A stretch of DNA of 64,000 nucleotides from an uncultured Lentimicrobiaceae bacterium (GCA_964509065.1 CAZDWA010000002.1:19049-83048); one strand, 5' to 3'; positions 41,755 to 52,185 are shown, counted from the first letter of the stretch. The notes: generated by a model from the letters alone, not told the origin. Made by a program: numbers and translations.

Positions 41755-42777
41755 TTATTTAATCAGGAAGGGGAATTTATCAAAGTTTTTCAATGCAATA
41801 CCTGTTCCTCTTGCCACTGCTCTCAGCGGGTCTTCAGCAACGTGTACGGGCAATTTGGTTTTTTGGTGAATTCGCTTATCCAGACCTCTCAGAAGTGAGC
41901 CGCCACCTGCCAAATAAATACCGGTACGGAAAATATCGGCAGACAGCTCGGGAGGCGTAAGCTCCAACGCATTTAAAACTGCCGTTTCAATCTTTGAAAT
42001 ACTTTTATCCAGACAATTTGCGATTTCGGTATAGTTTACCTTGATTTCCTTTGGAATACCCGTTAACATATCGCGTCCATGAACAGGAAATTCATCCGGC
42101 GGATTATCCAGTTGCGGTATTGCCGCACCAATTTCCATTTTAATACGTTCTGCCGTGCGCTCTCCAATATTGATATTGTGCTGTTTACGCATAAAATCAA
42201 TAATATCGGTATTAAAGTCATGGCCCGCAATGCGTATGGATGTGTTATTCACGATTCCGCCAAGCGCAATCACTGCAATTTCACTTGTTCCTCCTCCAAT
42301 ATCGATAATCATATTACCATTTGGCTCCAACACATCAATCCCGATACCAATCGCAGCAGCCATTGGTTCATGAATCAGGCGCACCTCTTTTGCACCGGCC
42401 TGCTCTGCCGAATCTTTTACGGCACGCTCCTCTACTTCTGTAATACCTGAAGGAATACAAATAACCATTTTTAAAGCCGGCGGAAATAGCCTGCTTTTTA
42501 TTCCAATCATCTTAATCATTTCACGCAGCATAAATTCGGCTGCCTGAAAGTCGGCTATAACACCATCACGCAAGGGGCGTATGGTTTTAATATTTTCATG
42601 CGTCTTACCGTGCATCATCATCGCTTTTTTTCCAACCGCGATAATTCGTCCGGTATTACGTTCAACAGCAACAATTGAAGGCTCGTCTACCACTACCTTG
42701 TCGTTGTACAAAATAATGGTATTGGCCGTGCCAAGGTCGATGGCAATTTCTTTATTTAGGAAAGATAAAAGTCCCAT
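41755..42777 (-). CDS. mreB: rod shape-determining actin-like protein MreB
   Basis: 340-aa ORF. Motifs are IAIDLGTANT, DIGGGTSEIAVI and YLAGGGSLLRGLD. Confidence 0.95.
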   Translation of the reverse strand: MGLLSFLNKEIAIDLGTANTIILYNDKVVVDEPSIVAVERNTGRIIAVGKKAMMMHGKTHENIKTIRPLRDGVIADFQAAEFMLREMIKMIGIKSRLFPPALKMVICIPSGITEVEERAVKDSAEQAGAKEVRLIHEPMAAAIGIGIDVLEPNGNMIIDIGGGTSEIAVIALGGIVNNTSIRIAGHDFNTDIIDFMRKQHNINIGERTAERIKMEIGAAIPQLDNPPDEFPVHGRDMLTGIPKEIKVNYTEIANCLDKSISKIETAVLNALELTPPELSADIFRTGIYLAGGGSLLRGLDKRIHQKTKLPVHVAEDPLRAVARGTGIALKNFDKFPFLIK

Positions 42778-42801
42778 AACTTTATAAAAAAGATAAGTTC
42801 G

Positions 42802-44316
42802 TTAATGTTTAAAATGTCTTATTCCGGTAAATACCATAGCCAGATTATTTGCATCGCAATAATCTATTGACTCTTGGTCTCGAATAGATCCGCCGGGTTG
42901 TATAATTGCCTGAACTCCTTCTTTATGAGCCAATTCTATTGAATCGGAAAAAGGGAAGAAGGCATCCGATGCCATGACGGCACCATTCAGGTCAAAGCCA
43001 AATTCTTTTGCTTTGGCGACAGCCTGTTTCAGGGAGTCAACCCTTGAGGTTTGTCCCATGCCGCTTCCTACAAGCTGTTGGTCTTTCGAAAGCACAATCG
43101 CATTGGAGCGGGTATGCTTAACAACTTTTAGTGCAAATAATAAATCTTGAATTTCTTTTTCATCGGCTTGGCGCTGCGTCACAAAAGTCAAATCAGCATC
43201 AGTTTCTATTTTTAAGTCAGACTCTTGCTCCAATATGCCATTCAATATGCTACGATATTGTTTTGTCGGCAATGCAAAAGGCTTCAACTTCAATATGATT
43301 CGATTTTTTTTGCTTATAAGCAGCTCCAGAGCTTCCGGCTCATAGTCAGGTGCAGCCAATATCTCGAAAAACAGGGAATTCATTTTTTCTGCGGTAGGCA
43401 GATCTATTGTTCTGTTTGCAACCAATACCCCGCCAAAAGCCGAAACCGGATCGGCATTAAATGCGGCTTCATATGCTTTGTCAAGACTTTCACGAATAGC
43501 CACACCGCAAGCATTATTATGCTTAAGAATGGCAAAAGCCGTTTGCTCAAACTCACTAATCAGCTTTAAGCCGGCATCCAAATCCAACATATTGTTGTAG
43601 GAAAGTGCTTTCCCGTTCAGCTGTTCAAACCATTCGTCGGCTTTTCCGAAAAACACAGCCTGCTGATGGGGGTTTTCTCCGTAACGCAAAAGCTGTTGAT
43701 TACGATAACTTACACGAAGTTCCTCCGGCTTGCCGTCCGAAAACCACTGATAAATAGCGGAATCATAATATGAGCTTTCCGCAAACGCATATGCTGCAAA
43801 CTTTTTACGTGCTGCCAAATTCGTGGCACAAGCTTGGCTTTCGAGCAATGCGAAGAGTTCATCATAATATCTTGCCGAGGCTACAATCAGCACTTCATGA
43901 AAGTTTTTTGCAGCAGCACGAATCAGTGAAATACCTCCAATATCTATTTTTTCGATAATTTCATCCGCATTTTGTGTTTTGGCAACCGTTTCTTCAAAAG
44001 GATATAAATCGACAATTACCAAATCGAAGGCAGGTATTTCGTATTTTTCCATCTCCTTGCGGTCACTTTCTTCGGAAAGGCGACCCAGGATACCTCCAAA
44101 CACTTTTGGATGCAATGTTTTTACTCTGCCGCCTAAGATAGACGGATATCCGGTAAGATCTTCAACCTTTTCAGCCGGTAAACCTAATCCTCGCAAAAAA
44201 TCATAGGTTCCACCGGTAGAAAATAAACGAACACCATGCTGGTGCAACAGCTTGGCGACAGGCTCCAAACCATCTTTGTAATAAACAGAAATTAAAGCAG
44301 TTTCAATCTTTTTCAA
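42802..44316 (-). CDS. purH: bifunctional AICAR transformylase / IMP cyclohydrolase
   Basis: 504-aa ORF. Motifs are ALISVYYKDGL, LFSTGGT, GGRVKTLHPKVFGGIL and the C-terminal GIRHFKH. Confidence 0.95.
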   Translation of the reverse strand: MKKIETALISVYYKDGLEPVAKLLHQHGVRLFSTGGTYDFLRGLGLPAEKVEDLTGYPSILGGRVKTLHPKVFGGILGRLSEESDRKEMEKYEIPAFDLVIVDLYPFEETVAKTQNADEIIEKIDIGGISLIRAAAKNFHEVLIVASARYYDELFALLESQACATNLAARKKFAAYAFAESSYYDSAIYQWFSDGKPEELRVSYRNQQLLRYGENPHQQAVFFGKADEWFEQLNGKALSYNNMLDLDAGLKLISEFEQTAFAILKHNNACGVAIRESLDKAYEAAFNADPVSAFGGVLVANRTIDLPTAEKMNSLFFEILAAPDYEPEALELLISKKNRIILKLKPFALPTKQYRSILNGILEQESDLKIETDADLTFVTQRQADEKEIQDLLFALKVVKHTRSNAIVLSKDQQLVGSGMGQTSRVDSLKQAVAKAKEFGFDLNGAVMASDAFFPFSDSIELAHKEGVQAIIQPGGSIRDQESIDYCDANNLAMVFTGIRHFKH

Positions 44317-44434
44317 GGCATTGTTTTGTAATGGTTACAATTTTGCAAGATTACAAAAAAAACATGGTTTTATTCACTAAATTGCAAGCATATTTAATGA
44401 ATGATTACTTTTACAGAATATTTGAGGATTTTTT

Positions 44435-45679
44435 ATGCTCATTCTGTTTCGTCTCATATCAGAAAGCTTTCTTTTTGCCATGGTGGCACTGATGGTAAAT
44501 AAAGTGCGTACCATCCTGTCATTGCTTGGAATTACGATTGGTATTTTCTCAATTATTGCATTGTTTTCGTTATTTGACAGCATGGAAGGAGCGATACGTG
44601 ATAACATCAGCTCATTGGGTGACAATGTCATATACATTCAAAAATGGCCTTGGAGCACAGGGGGCGATTATCCGTGGTGGAAATATTGGCAGCGCCCCGA
44701 AGCCAGCCTGCAGGAAATGATGGATTTAGAAAAACGCAGCCATACTGCGGAAGCAATGAGCTTGTTTGTACAAACAAACCGAAGCATGTCCTATGGCTCA
44801 GCCAGCTTGCCAAGGGTCTCGATACAAGCCGTATCGCATGCACATCCCGAAGTGATGCCTTTTGATTTGGATGAAGGACGTTATTTTACTGCCCTCGAGT
44901 CGCAGGTCGGTCGAAATGTGATTATTATTGGAGCAGATGTGGCAGCGGAATTGTTTCAAGGAGAAAATCCAATAGGAAAAACAGTAAAAGTATTCGGCAG
45001 ACGGTTGGAAGTAATTGGTCTTATTAAAAAACAAGGGGGCAATTTGTTTGGAAATACAAACGACAATTCTGCAATTATTCCACTAAATTTTGTTCGAAAT
45101 GTAATGGATATACGTGAAAGAGGCACCACTATTGCAGTAAAAGCCAAAGACCATATCAGCAATGAAGAGTTAAAAGATGAACTCACGGGTATCATGCGTT
45201 CGTTGCGAAAACTCAAACCAATGGAAGAAGATAATTTCTCAATTAATGAAATGGATATTATCAATAAATCCTTCGATCAGTTGTTTGGTATTATCGCAAT
45301 AGTTGGATGGATAATTGGAGGCTTTTCATTATTGGTGGGAGGTTTTGGCATTGCCAATATTATGTTTGTGTCGGTAAAAGAACGCACTGCTCAAATAGGA
45401 ATTCAAAAATCATTGGGTGCAAAAAACTACTTTATACTGTTGCAGTTTTTATTTGAGGCAGTCTTTTTATCTATTATTGGTGGTATTGTAGGTTTATTGA
45501 TTGTATGGCTTTTAAGCCTCGCCATCACAAACTTAAGTGAGTTTGCATTGGTACTTTCCGCTAAAAACATCTTACTTGGCTTGAGTGTTTCGGCATTAAT
45601 AGGCTTGGTTTCTGGTTTTATCCCGGCTTGGTCGGCATCACGCCTCGACCCGGTAGAAGCAATGCGATCAAGTTTTTAG
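44435..45679 (+). CDS. ABC transporter permease, MacB/FtsX-like
   Basis: 414-aa ORF. It has an N-terminal TM segment (NKVRTILSLLGITIGIFSI), a large periplasmic domain and a C-terminal FtsX-type 3-TM bundle (ERTAQIGIQKSLGAKN). Confidence 0.8.
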   Translation: MLILFRLISESFLFAMVALMVNKVRTILSLLGITIGIFSIIALFSLFDSMEGAIRDNISSLGDNVIYIQKWPWSTGGDYPWWKYWQRPEASLQEMMDLEKRSHTAEAMSLFVQTNRSMSYGSASLPRVSIQAVSHAHPEVMPFDLDEGRYFTALESQVGRNVIIIGADVAAELFQGENPIGKTVKVFGRRLEVIGLIKKQGGNLFGNTNDNSAIIPLNFVRNVMDIRERGTTIAVKAKDHISNEELKDELTGIMRSLRKLKPMEEDNFSINEMDIINKSFDQLFGIIAIVGWIIGGFSLLVGGFGIANIMFVSVKERTAQIGIQKSLGAKNYFILLQFLFEAVFLSIIGGIVGLLIVWLLSLAITNLSEFALVLSAKNILLGLSVSALIGLVSGFIPAWSASRLDPVEAMRSSF

Positions 45680-45762
45680 TTTTTTGCATAAGGTTTATCC
45701 TAAGCAATCAATCAAAAAAACAGAAAAGATTAAGTTGGTTTGTTTAAAGGGATTAGTGTAAA

Positions 45763-46313
45763 CTAAAGTTTTACTGAAATGCCTATGTTCATTTCTTTAT
45801 AATATCCAAGTTTCATGGGGTCTGTGAATGGCAAATCATATCCGTATTCAAAATATGCACCCACATGTCGAGTGAAGTAATAGGCTGCACCTATTCCAAA
45901 ATAATACCTGGCCAAACTGTTTGATTTGCATTTGTTTGAAAATATTTCACCAAGCCAAGCTTTCCGGAAAGGTAGGTTTCAAAACGAAGCTTCTCTTTGT
46001 CAATTATTAATGGAAGAAAATGCCAGTTGCCAACAGCTCCAAAGTTGAGAAAGCCATGGGTGTACTCATCAAATCCTTTATAAAGCGCAGTTGAAAGTCC
46101 GGCTTCAAATAATTTGTGCAAACGCCTGTTCAATTGCAGTTCGATATGACCCCTATGAAACACACGGTTATTATCAACATATTCGGGCCAGCCGGAGGCT
46201 TTAATATACCAATGAGCAGCTGGCTGCGCTTCTTGTGCTTGTAGTTTACCGGCAAAAAGAAGAAAGATAAAAGTGATTGTAAAAAACCTACGGAAAAATT
46301 GCTGTTTTTTCAT
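45763..46313 (-). pseudogene. small outer-membrane beta-barrel gene apparently split by a frameshift
   Basis: The 140-aa ORF 45891..46313 has signal peptide FIFLLFAGKLQAQ and stops at ...VWPGIILE*. The next frame continues YYFGIGAAYYFTRHVGAYFEYGYDLPFTDPMKLGYYKEMNIGISVKL* to 45763. That continuation looks like terminal beta-strands. Confidence 0.45.
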
Positions 46314-46644
46314 CTTACAATATTTTTAAACTGTGGTTTAATAATCTTACCTGCTATCAATTTTGAAATTCATCATATCAAAAACACCTTGTAAACTCAA
46401 TAATAAATTTATATGGCAAATTGCAGATTCAACATATCGAATTCAAAAAGTAGAAGAAATAAATGCCATCCTTATCATTTAATCTAATAAACAGGGTTTT
46501 TACGGATTCTTGAAATGAACACCAACAATATCATTATGATATGTTCTTTTTTTATCAACGCATAAACTAAATGAAGATTGTTTAATCCCTTCAAATGGGT
46601 TCAATAATATTTTTTAGACTAACAAATGTGGGTTACAAATCAAC

Positions 46645-46710
46645 GTATAGCTACCACTTCACAGCTCACGCCTGAAAGTTTCTCAAAATTAAATTCATGA
46701 ATTAAGCAGG
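46645..46710 (+). mobile_element. truncated MITE copy B (right-end ~65 bp only)
   Basis: ...CTACCACTTCACAGCTCACGCCTGAAAGTTTCTCAAAATTAAATTCATGAATTAAGCAGG matches the right end of the full copies nearly base for base. There is no left end. Confidence 0.65.
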
Positions 46711-46968
46711 CAAAGGCTAAAACTTGGCTTAAAAAGTGTTTTATTTATGGCTATTTGAAGAGGTTTTCTATCCAAAGTTAGGAGTTTATAGAATAAAATT
46801 ACTGATATTCAATAGGATAATAAAATATACAATAATTTTTGTTATCTTTCAAAGCAGATTTGGCTTAATTAAATGTGTTTCAGTGTTTTAGATATATTTT
46901 TAATTTTGAATTAAAATTCATTTTTTTTGTCTGCCGAATCTTATTATCTTTACAAATTAAACAGGAGA

Positions 46969-48756
46969 ATGATGGAAAGCAGGTGGATTTTGAAGCAACA
47001 GGGTGATAGTGAGACGATAAAGAAACTTATGGATGAATTATCGGTTAGTAAAACTATTGCCAATTTGCTTGCTCAACGGAATATTTCCACCTATGAGGAG
47101 GCAAAACAGTTTTTTCGACCTGATTACACCCAACTCCACGATCCATTTCTGATGAAGGATATGGATGCAGCCGTTGCGCGCGTCCTTCTTGCAATCAAAG
47201 AAAGTCAGAAAATTTTAATTTACGGCGATTACGATGTGGACGGAACCACTTCGGTTGCCTTGGTTTATTCATACTTAAAAAAGTATTTCAAAAAACGTAT
47301 CGAATTTTATATACCGGACAGATATGAAGAAGGATACGGTATTTCATATAAGGGAATTGACTATGCTGCCGCCAATAATTTCCAACTGGTAATCGCATTG
47401 GATTGCGGCATTAAAGCAGTGGAAAAGATTGAATATGCCAATGAAAAAAAGGTCGATTTCATCATATGCGATCACCACCGCCCGGGTGATGAGCTGCCAA
47501 ATGCTGTGGCAGTACTCGACCCCAAGCGTACCGATTGCGACTATCCTTTTAAAGAGCTGAGTGGATGCGGTGTGGGATTTAAACTTATTTCAGCACTTGC
47601 CAAACATCAAAACGTATCATTTAAAAGCTTGCTTCAATACCTTGATTTTGTTGCAATTAGCATTGCAGCAGACATAGTCCCCATCACAGGAGAAAACAGG
47701 GTGTTGGCATATTACGGACTCAAACTGCTCAATACCAAGCCTCGAGCAGGGATTGAATCTGTGCTTAGCTTTTCGCAAGTGCTGCGCCGCGATGATTCAT
47801 CCGAAGAAAGCAATCTGGCGTTTAACCGAGAGCTGAATATAAGCGACTTGGTGTTTCTTATCGGACCACGAATTAATGCCGCCGGACGGATCGAAAGTGC
47901 TTGCGATTCGGTACGCCTGCTTTTAGCCGACAGGCTAAGCCATTCCGATAAACTGGCACTCACCATAAACGATTTAAATACCGAAAGACGAAATCTCGAT
48001 AACCAAATAACAGAAGAAGCACTTGCATTAATTGAAGCCGATCCCAAGCTAAAAGAAGCTAAAAGCACGGTGCTGTATAATCAAGATTGGCATAAAGGCG
48101 TGATAGGAATTGTGGCATCACGATTAACAGATCATTATTACCGTCCCACAATCATCCTCACCCGTTCAAATAATTATATCACAGGCTCGGCACGCTCTAT
48201 CAAGCATTTTGATATTTACGATGCCATCGATCATTGTTCAGATCTTTTAGAGCATTTCGGCGGTCATAAGTACGCAGCAGGTTTATCCATGAAGCCCGAA
48301 AACTTGGAGGCTTTTCGGAATAAGTTTAACGATTACGTAAACCAACATATCACAAAAGAAATGATGGTTCCTGAAATTGAGATAGATGCATATCTGAAGT
48401 TTGAAGACATCAAACCAAAGTTTATGCGTATTCTCAAACAATTTGCACCATTTGGACCGGGCAACCTATCCCCTATCTTTCAAACCGACCGTATGATAGA
48501 TACCGGACGCTCACGCATTGTAAAAAAGAACCATTTGAAGCTGGAAGTCGTACAGCTTACCTCACGTAGCGAACCTATATCGGGAATTGCATTTCAGCAA
48601 GGGCACCATTACAGTAAAATGAGTAATAATGAAGAATTTAGTGCCGTCTACCATCTGGAAGAAAATCAATGGATGGGAAAAACAAATCTTCAAATTAATG
48701 TGAAAGACATTAAATTTGAAAGCGATTTAGACGGACAAAGCAAATCGCGAGAATAA
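46969..48756 (+). CDS. recJ: single-stranded-DNA-specific exonuclease RecJ
   Basis: The track ORF starts at TTG 46927; I prefer ATG 46969 (MMESRWILK). DHH motifs are YGDYDVDGTTS, LDCG and ICDHHRP. The DHHA1 motif is GGHKYAAG. Confidence 0.9.
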   Translation: MMESRWILKQQGDSETIKKLMDELSVSKTIANLLAQRNISTYEEAKQFFRPDYTQLHDPFLMKDMDAAVARVLLAIKESQKILIYGDYDVDGTTSVALVYSYLKKYFKKRIEFYIPDRYEEGYGISYKGIDYAAANNFQLVIALDCGIKAVEKIEYANEKKVDFIICDHHRPGDELPNAVAVLDPKRTDCDYPFKELSGCGVGFKLISALAKHQNVSFKSLLQYLDFVAISIAADIVPITGENRVLAYYGLKLLNTKPRAGIESVLSFSQVLRRDDSSEESNLAFNRELNISDLVFLIGPRINAAGRIESACDSVRLLLADRLSHSDKLALTINDLNTERRNLDNQITEEALALIEADPKLKEAKSTVLYNQDWHKGVIGIVASRLTDHYYRPTIILTRSNNYITGSARSIKHFDIYDAIDHCSDLLEHFGGHKYAAGLSMKPENLEAFRNKFNDYVNQHITKEMMVPEIEIDAYLKFEDIKPKFMRILKQFAPFGPGNLSPIFQTDRMIDTGRSRIVKKNHLKLEVVQLTSRSEPISGIAFQQGHHYSKMSNNEEFSAVYHLEENQWMGKTNLQINVKDIKFESDLDGQSKSRE

Positions 48757-49326
48757 TCAATCTACCAGCTGCTTCGTCAAGCGATACAGATTTATGCTGA
48801 ACCAGATAAGTACAATGCCATAAAACAAGGCTAGTACACCACTCATAGTTACTAGAAACTCGGCAACCCGAAAAGGATTATACAACATCAGCACTCCAAA
48901 AGCCATGGTGATTAAAGCATTGAAAAGCATGAAGTTTTTAAACCTAAAAACCGGATTGATATTTACCAGCACAATCAGTTGCAACACGCCCACAATCAGT
49001 GCCAGCACCCCCATGCTTATTACAAAAAACCGAATAGCTTCCTGAGTATATAACAGTATTAACGTGCCCGCAGCAATATATAGCACGGATTGTAATAATA
49101 TCCAGAAATAATCCTGCTTTTTTCGAATCCGATTCACAGTAACCAATAGCATTAACACTCCACTCAAAAGGATGACAAATCCGGCATACCAACTCAGTGT
49201 CTGCAAAGTTTCAAACGGGACAAACAATGCCAACAAGCCATAAAGAACAGCAATGATGCCATTAAATAAATATATATACCAGTTTTTAATAAAAATTCCG
49301 CTCATGAGTTTGCTTTTTTGAATCAT
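48757..49326 (-). CDS. HdeD/DUF308-like polytopic membrane protein
   Basis: The track ORF extends to 49368, but that ATG lies inside the terminal repeat of MITE copy C. I prefer ATG 49326 (MIQKSKLMSGIFIKNWYIYLFNGIIAVLYGLLALF). It has six predicted TM segments. Confidence 0.6.
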   Translation of the reverse strand: MIQKSKLMSGIFIKNWYIYLFNGIIAVLYGLLALFVPFETLQTLSWYAGFVILLSGVLMLLVTVNRIRKKQDYFWILLQSVLYIAAGTLILLYTQEAIRFFVISMGVLALIVGVLQLIVLVNINPVFRFKNFMLFNALITMAFGVLMLYNPFRVAEFLVTMSGVLALFYGIVLIWFSINLYRLTKQLVD

Positions 49327-49361
49327 TCGTTCACAAAGGTAAATAAACAAATGAGCTTTAG

Positions 49362-49590
49362 CCTGCATAATTCACCAATTCATAAGATTATCAATCTAAC
49401 TTTATCGTAATAAGCTTATGATCATTGTGTTAGTAAGTTTTAGTAGGATTTTTAAAAAGCGTTTATTATAAAATGAATTTTGATTTAATTTTGGCAATTT
49501 TATACGTTATGAGCTGTTCGCAGTAGTTGGCTACAGCTTCACAGCACATGCCTTAAAATTTCTCAAAATTAAATTCATGAATTAAGCAGG
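49362..49590 (+). mobile_element. MITE-like element, full copy C (229 bp)
   Basis: It has the same termini as copy A. It is flanked by a perfect TTAG duplication (49358-49361 and 49591-49594). It lies in the divergent intergenic region between the HdeD-like gene and the GH109-like gene. Confidence 0.75.
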
Positions 49591-49768
49591 TTAGCACAAT
49601 TCAGCAAATTAAAAAACAAGTTTACATTATCCGATTATAATTGTTTGTATAACACACAAGCCTCATCGAAGCATTGTTTTCACATGGATTAAAGTATTTT
49701 CTGCTGAACCGAATTTTTCCACAAAGTTTCATTATTTTTGAACTTTCATAACCCTAAAGCAGACACCC

Positions 49769-51115
49769 ATGAAAAGATCCGAATTTCTCAAATTAAGTGC
49801 GTTCACCGGAGCAGCTTTCACCATTTTACCTTCAGGACTTGTCTTTGGAAACTCCAACAGTAAGCTTCGAATGGGCTTTATTGGAACCGGCTTGAGAGGG
49901 CAGGAATTGCTACGACTGAGCCTTCAACGCGATGATACTGATGTGGTTGCCATCTGCGACATCCAGCAAGTGATGATTGACAGAGCCCTTCGTCTTTATG
50001 ATAAAGCGAACAAGCCACATCCGGTGATATACAGCAAAAATGAATATTCTTATCGCGATTTACTAGCCCGAAAAGATATAGATGCAGTAGTTATTTCCAC
50101 CCCTTGGGAATGGCATTATCCGATGGCTATGGAAGCAATGGACGCAGGAAAACACGTTGGTTGTGAGGTGATTATGGGAACCACCATTGAAGAGCATTGG
50201 GATATTGTCCGTAAATCAGAAGAAACGGGCATGCAGTACATGATGTTGGAAAATGTGTGTTACCGCCGTGATATAATGGCAGTATTGCAATTGGTTCGTC
50301 AAAATATTTTTGGAGAACTAATCCATTTGCAAGGAGGTTATCAGCATGATTTGCGAGAAGTGAAATTCAACGACGGCAAACAAGCCTATGGTGGTGGTGT
50401 GGAGTTTGGAGAAAAAGGATTTTCTGAAGCGCAGTGGCGCACCCAACATTCCATCACTAGAAATGGGGATTTATATCCCACACATGGTGTAGGACCATTA
50501 TCAAAAATGCTGGGAATCCATTCCGGCAACCGTTTTACACGACTCGTTTCCATGGCGTCCAAAGCAAGGGGTTTACATGATTATATTGTACAACACGGAG
50601 GCAAAGACCACCCCAATGCAGCCATTGATTTTAAATTGGGAGACATAGTAACCACCATGATAAGTACCGAAAACGGAGAAAGCATTTTATTGCAGCATGA
50701 CACCAATCTGCCGCGCCCTTACTCACTCGGTTTCAGGGTTCAAGGCGTAAAAGGCTTATGGATGGACATCAACCGTTCAATCCATATAGAAGGAATGTCG
50801 GAGCCGCATCGTTGGGAAATAACTGATTCGTGGTTTGAGAAATTTGATCACCCGCTTTGGCAAAAATATAGTCAAGATGCCCTGGGCGCCGGTCATGGAG
50901 GAATGGACTTTTTTGTTATCAATGGCTTTGTTCAAGCCATAAAACGTGGGGAACAAGTGCCTATTAATGTGTATGATTCAGCGGCTTGGAGTGTTATAAC
51001 CCCACTTTCAGAAATGTCCATAGCAAATGGATTTACCGCTGTGGACTTCCCCGACTTTACAAACGGAAAATGGAGGACCATGCCCGACTTATTTGCCAAT
51101 AATGAATTATATTAA
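49769..51115 (+). CDS. Gfo/Idh/MocA family NAD-dependent oxidoreductase with Tat-like signal (GH109-like)
   Basis: 448-aa ORF. The N-terminus is MKRSEFLKLSAFTGAAFTILP, followed by the Rossmann motif RMGFIGTGLRGQ. This architecture is typical of Bacteroidota GH109-like proteins. Confidence 0.7.
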   Translation: MKRSEFLKLSAFTGAAFTILPSGLVFGNSNSKLRMGFIGTGLRGQELLRLSLQRDDTDVVAICDIQQVMIDRALRLYDKANKPHPVIYSKNEYSYRDLLARKDIDAVVISTPWEWHYPMAMEAMDAGKHVGCEVIMGTTIEEHWDIVRKSEETGMQYMMLENVCYRRDIMAVLQLVRQNIFGELIHLQGGYQHDLREVKFNDGKQAYGGGVEFGEKGFSEAQWRTQHSITRNGDLYPTHGVGPLSKMLGIHSGNRFTRLVSMASKARGLHDYIVQHGGKDHPNAAIDFKLGDIVTTMISTENGESILLQHDTNLPRPYSLGFRVQGVKGLWMDINRSIHIEGMSEPHRWEITDSWFEKFDHPLWQKYSQDALGAGHGGMDFFVINGFVQAIKRGEQVPINVYDSAAWSVITPLSEMSIANGFTAVDFPDFTNGKWRTMPDLFANNELY

Positions 51116-52185
51116 TGGAATCAAGGCAGCGGAAAGAAACAAAAATTCCTTTGGAGGTATTACAAGGATTTGGTTTACGAGCAGAAGATGAAATAATAGC
51201 CTATGGCGAAGGAATCATCCAAAACACTTATGCCGTAAAACGTTCAGGACAAGCAATTTATATATTGCAACGAATTAATACTCAAGTATTTAAACATCCA
51301 CACAAAATTGCCGAAAACTGGAAGCTTGCTATGGCACATATCCGACAGCATGCAGCGGAATATCCATTTGTTGCGTTTAAAGAAACAATTGAAGGCAAAC
51401 CATATGTAGAAGATAAATTGGGCAGCTATTGGCGCCTTCAAGATTTTATCCAAAACAGCTGCAGCTTTACAACTCCTTCCGGACCCACAATGGTACGTCA
51501 AGCAGCAGCTGCATTCGGTAGATTTGCCGCTGTGATGACAACTGCAAACAGCGAAACATTTCATCATATCATACCGGATTTTCACAACTTGGAGCTGCGC
51601 CAAAACCAATTTGATTTGGCAGTGGAAGCTGCCGGAATCGTGCGTAAGAAGCAAGCAGACAACTTGGTAAAAAAGCTAACAAATTACCGCCAAATCACGG
51701 AAATCTACAAAGAAGCCGTGCAAAATATGCCTTTGCGCATACTCCATATGGATGCAAAAATGGGCAATATCTTATTTGACTGTAACAGCTTGGAATTCAA
51801 AGCAATTATTGACTATGATACATTAATGCCTGCATATATTTTCTCTGATTTAGGAGACTTAATACGAAGTATGAGCTGTATGGCAGACGAAAATGAAATT
51901 AATTTAGAAAAAGTAAAAGTTCAAAAAGACTATTTAGATATCTTATTCAACACCTATTTGGCTGAAGTGAATGAGTTTTTAACTGATGCCGAAAGAAAAT
52001 ACATCCGATATGCAGGACATATATTGGTATATATGCAGGCTTTACGCTTTTTAACCGATTTTTTACAAAATGATATTTATTATAAAATCGCGTATCCGGA
52101 GCACAACCTTAATCGCGCACAAAATCAAGCTAAACTACTGGAAGAGCTTATATTAGTAATGGGATTTAAATGCATCAGCCCCTGA
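51115..52185 (+). CDS. aminoglycoside phosphotransferase (APH)/choline-kinase-fold protein, possibly a sugar 1-kinase
   Basis: 356-aa ORF. Its ATG overlaps the upstream TAA by 1 nt (TTAATGG). The kinase catalytic loop is LHMDAKMGNILFD, followed by IIDYDT (DxD metal site). Confidence 0.6.
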   Translation: MESRQRKETKIPLEVLQGFGLRAEDEIIAYGEGIIQNTYAVKRSGQAIYILQRINTQVFKHPHKIAENWKLAMAHIRQHAAEYPFVAFKETIEGKPYVEDKLGSYWRLQDFIQNSCSFTTPSGPTMVRQAAAAFGRFAAVMTTANSETFHHIIPDFHNLELRQNQFDLAVEAAGIVRKKQADNLVKKLTNYRQITEIYKEAVQNMPLRILHMDAKMGNILFDCNSLEFKAIIDYDTLMPAYIFSDLGDLIRSMSCMADENEINLEKVKVQKDYLDILFNTYLAEVNEFLTDAERKYIRYAGHILVYMQALRFLTDFLQNDIYYKIAYPEHNLNRAQNQAKLLEELILVMGFKCISP

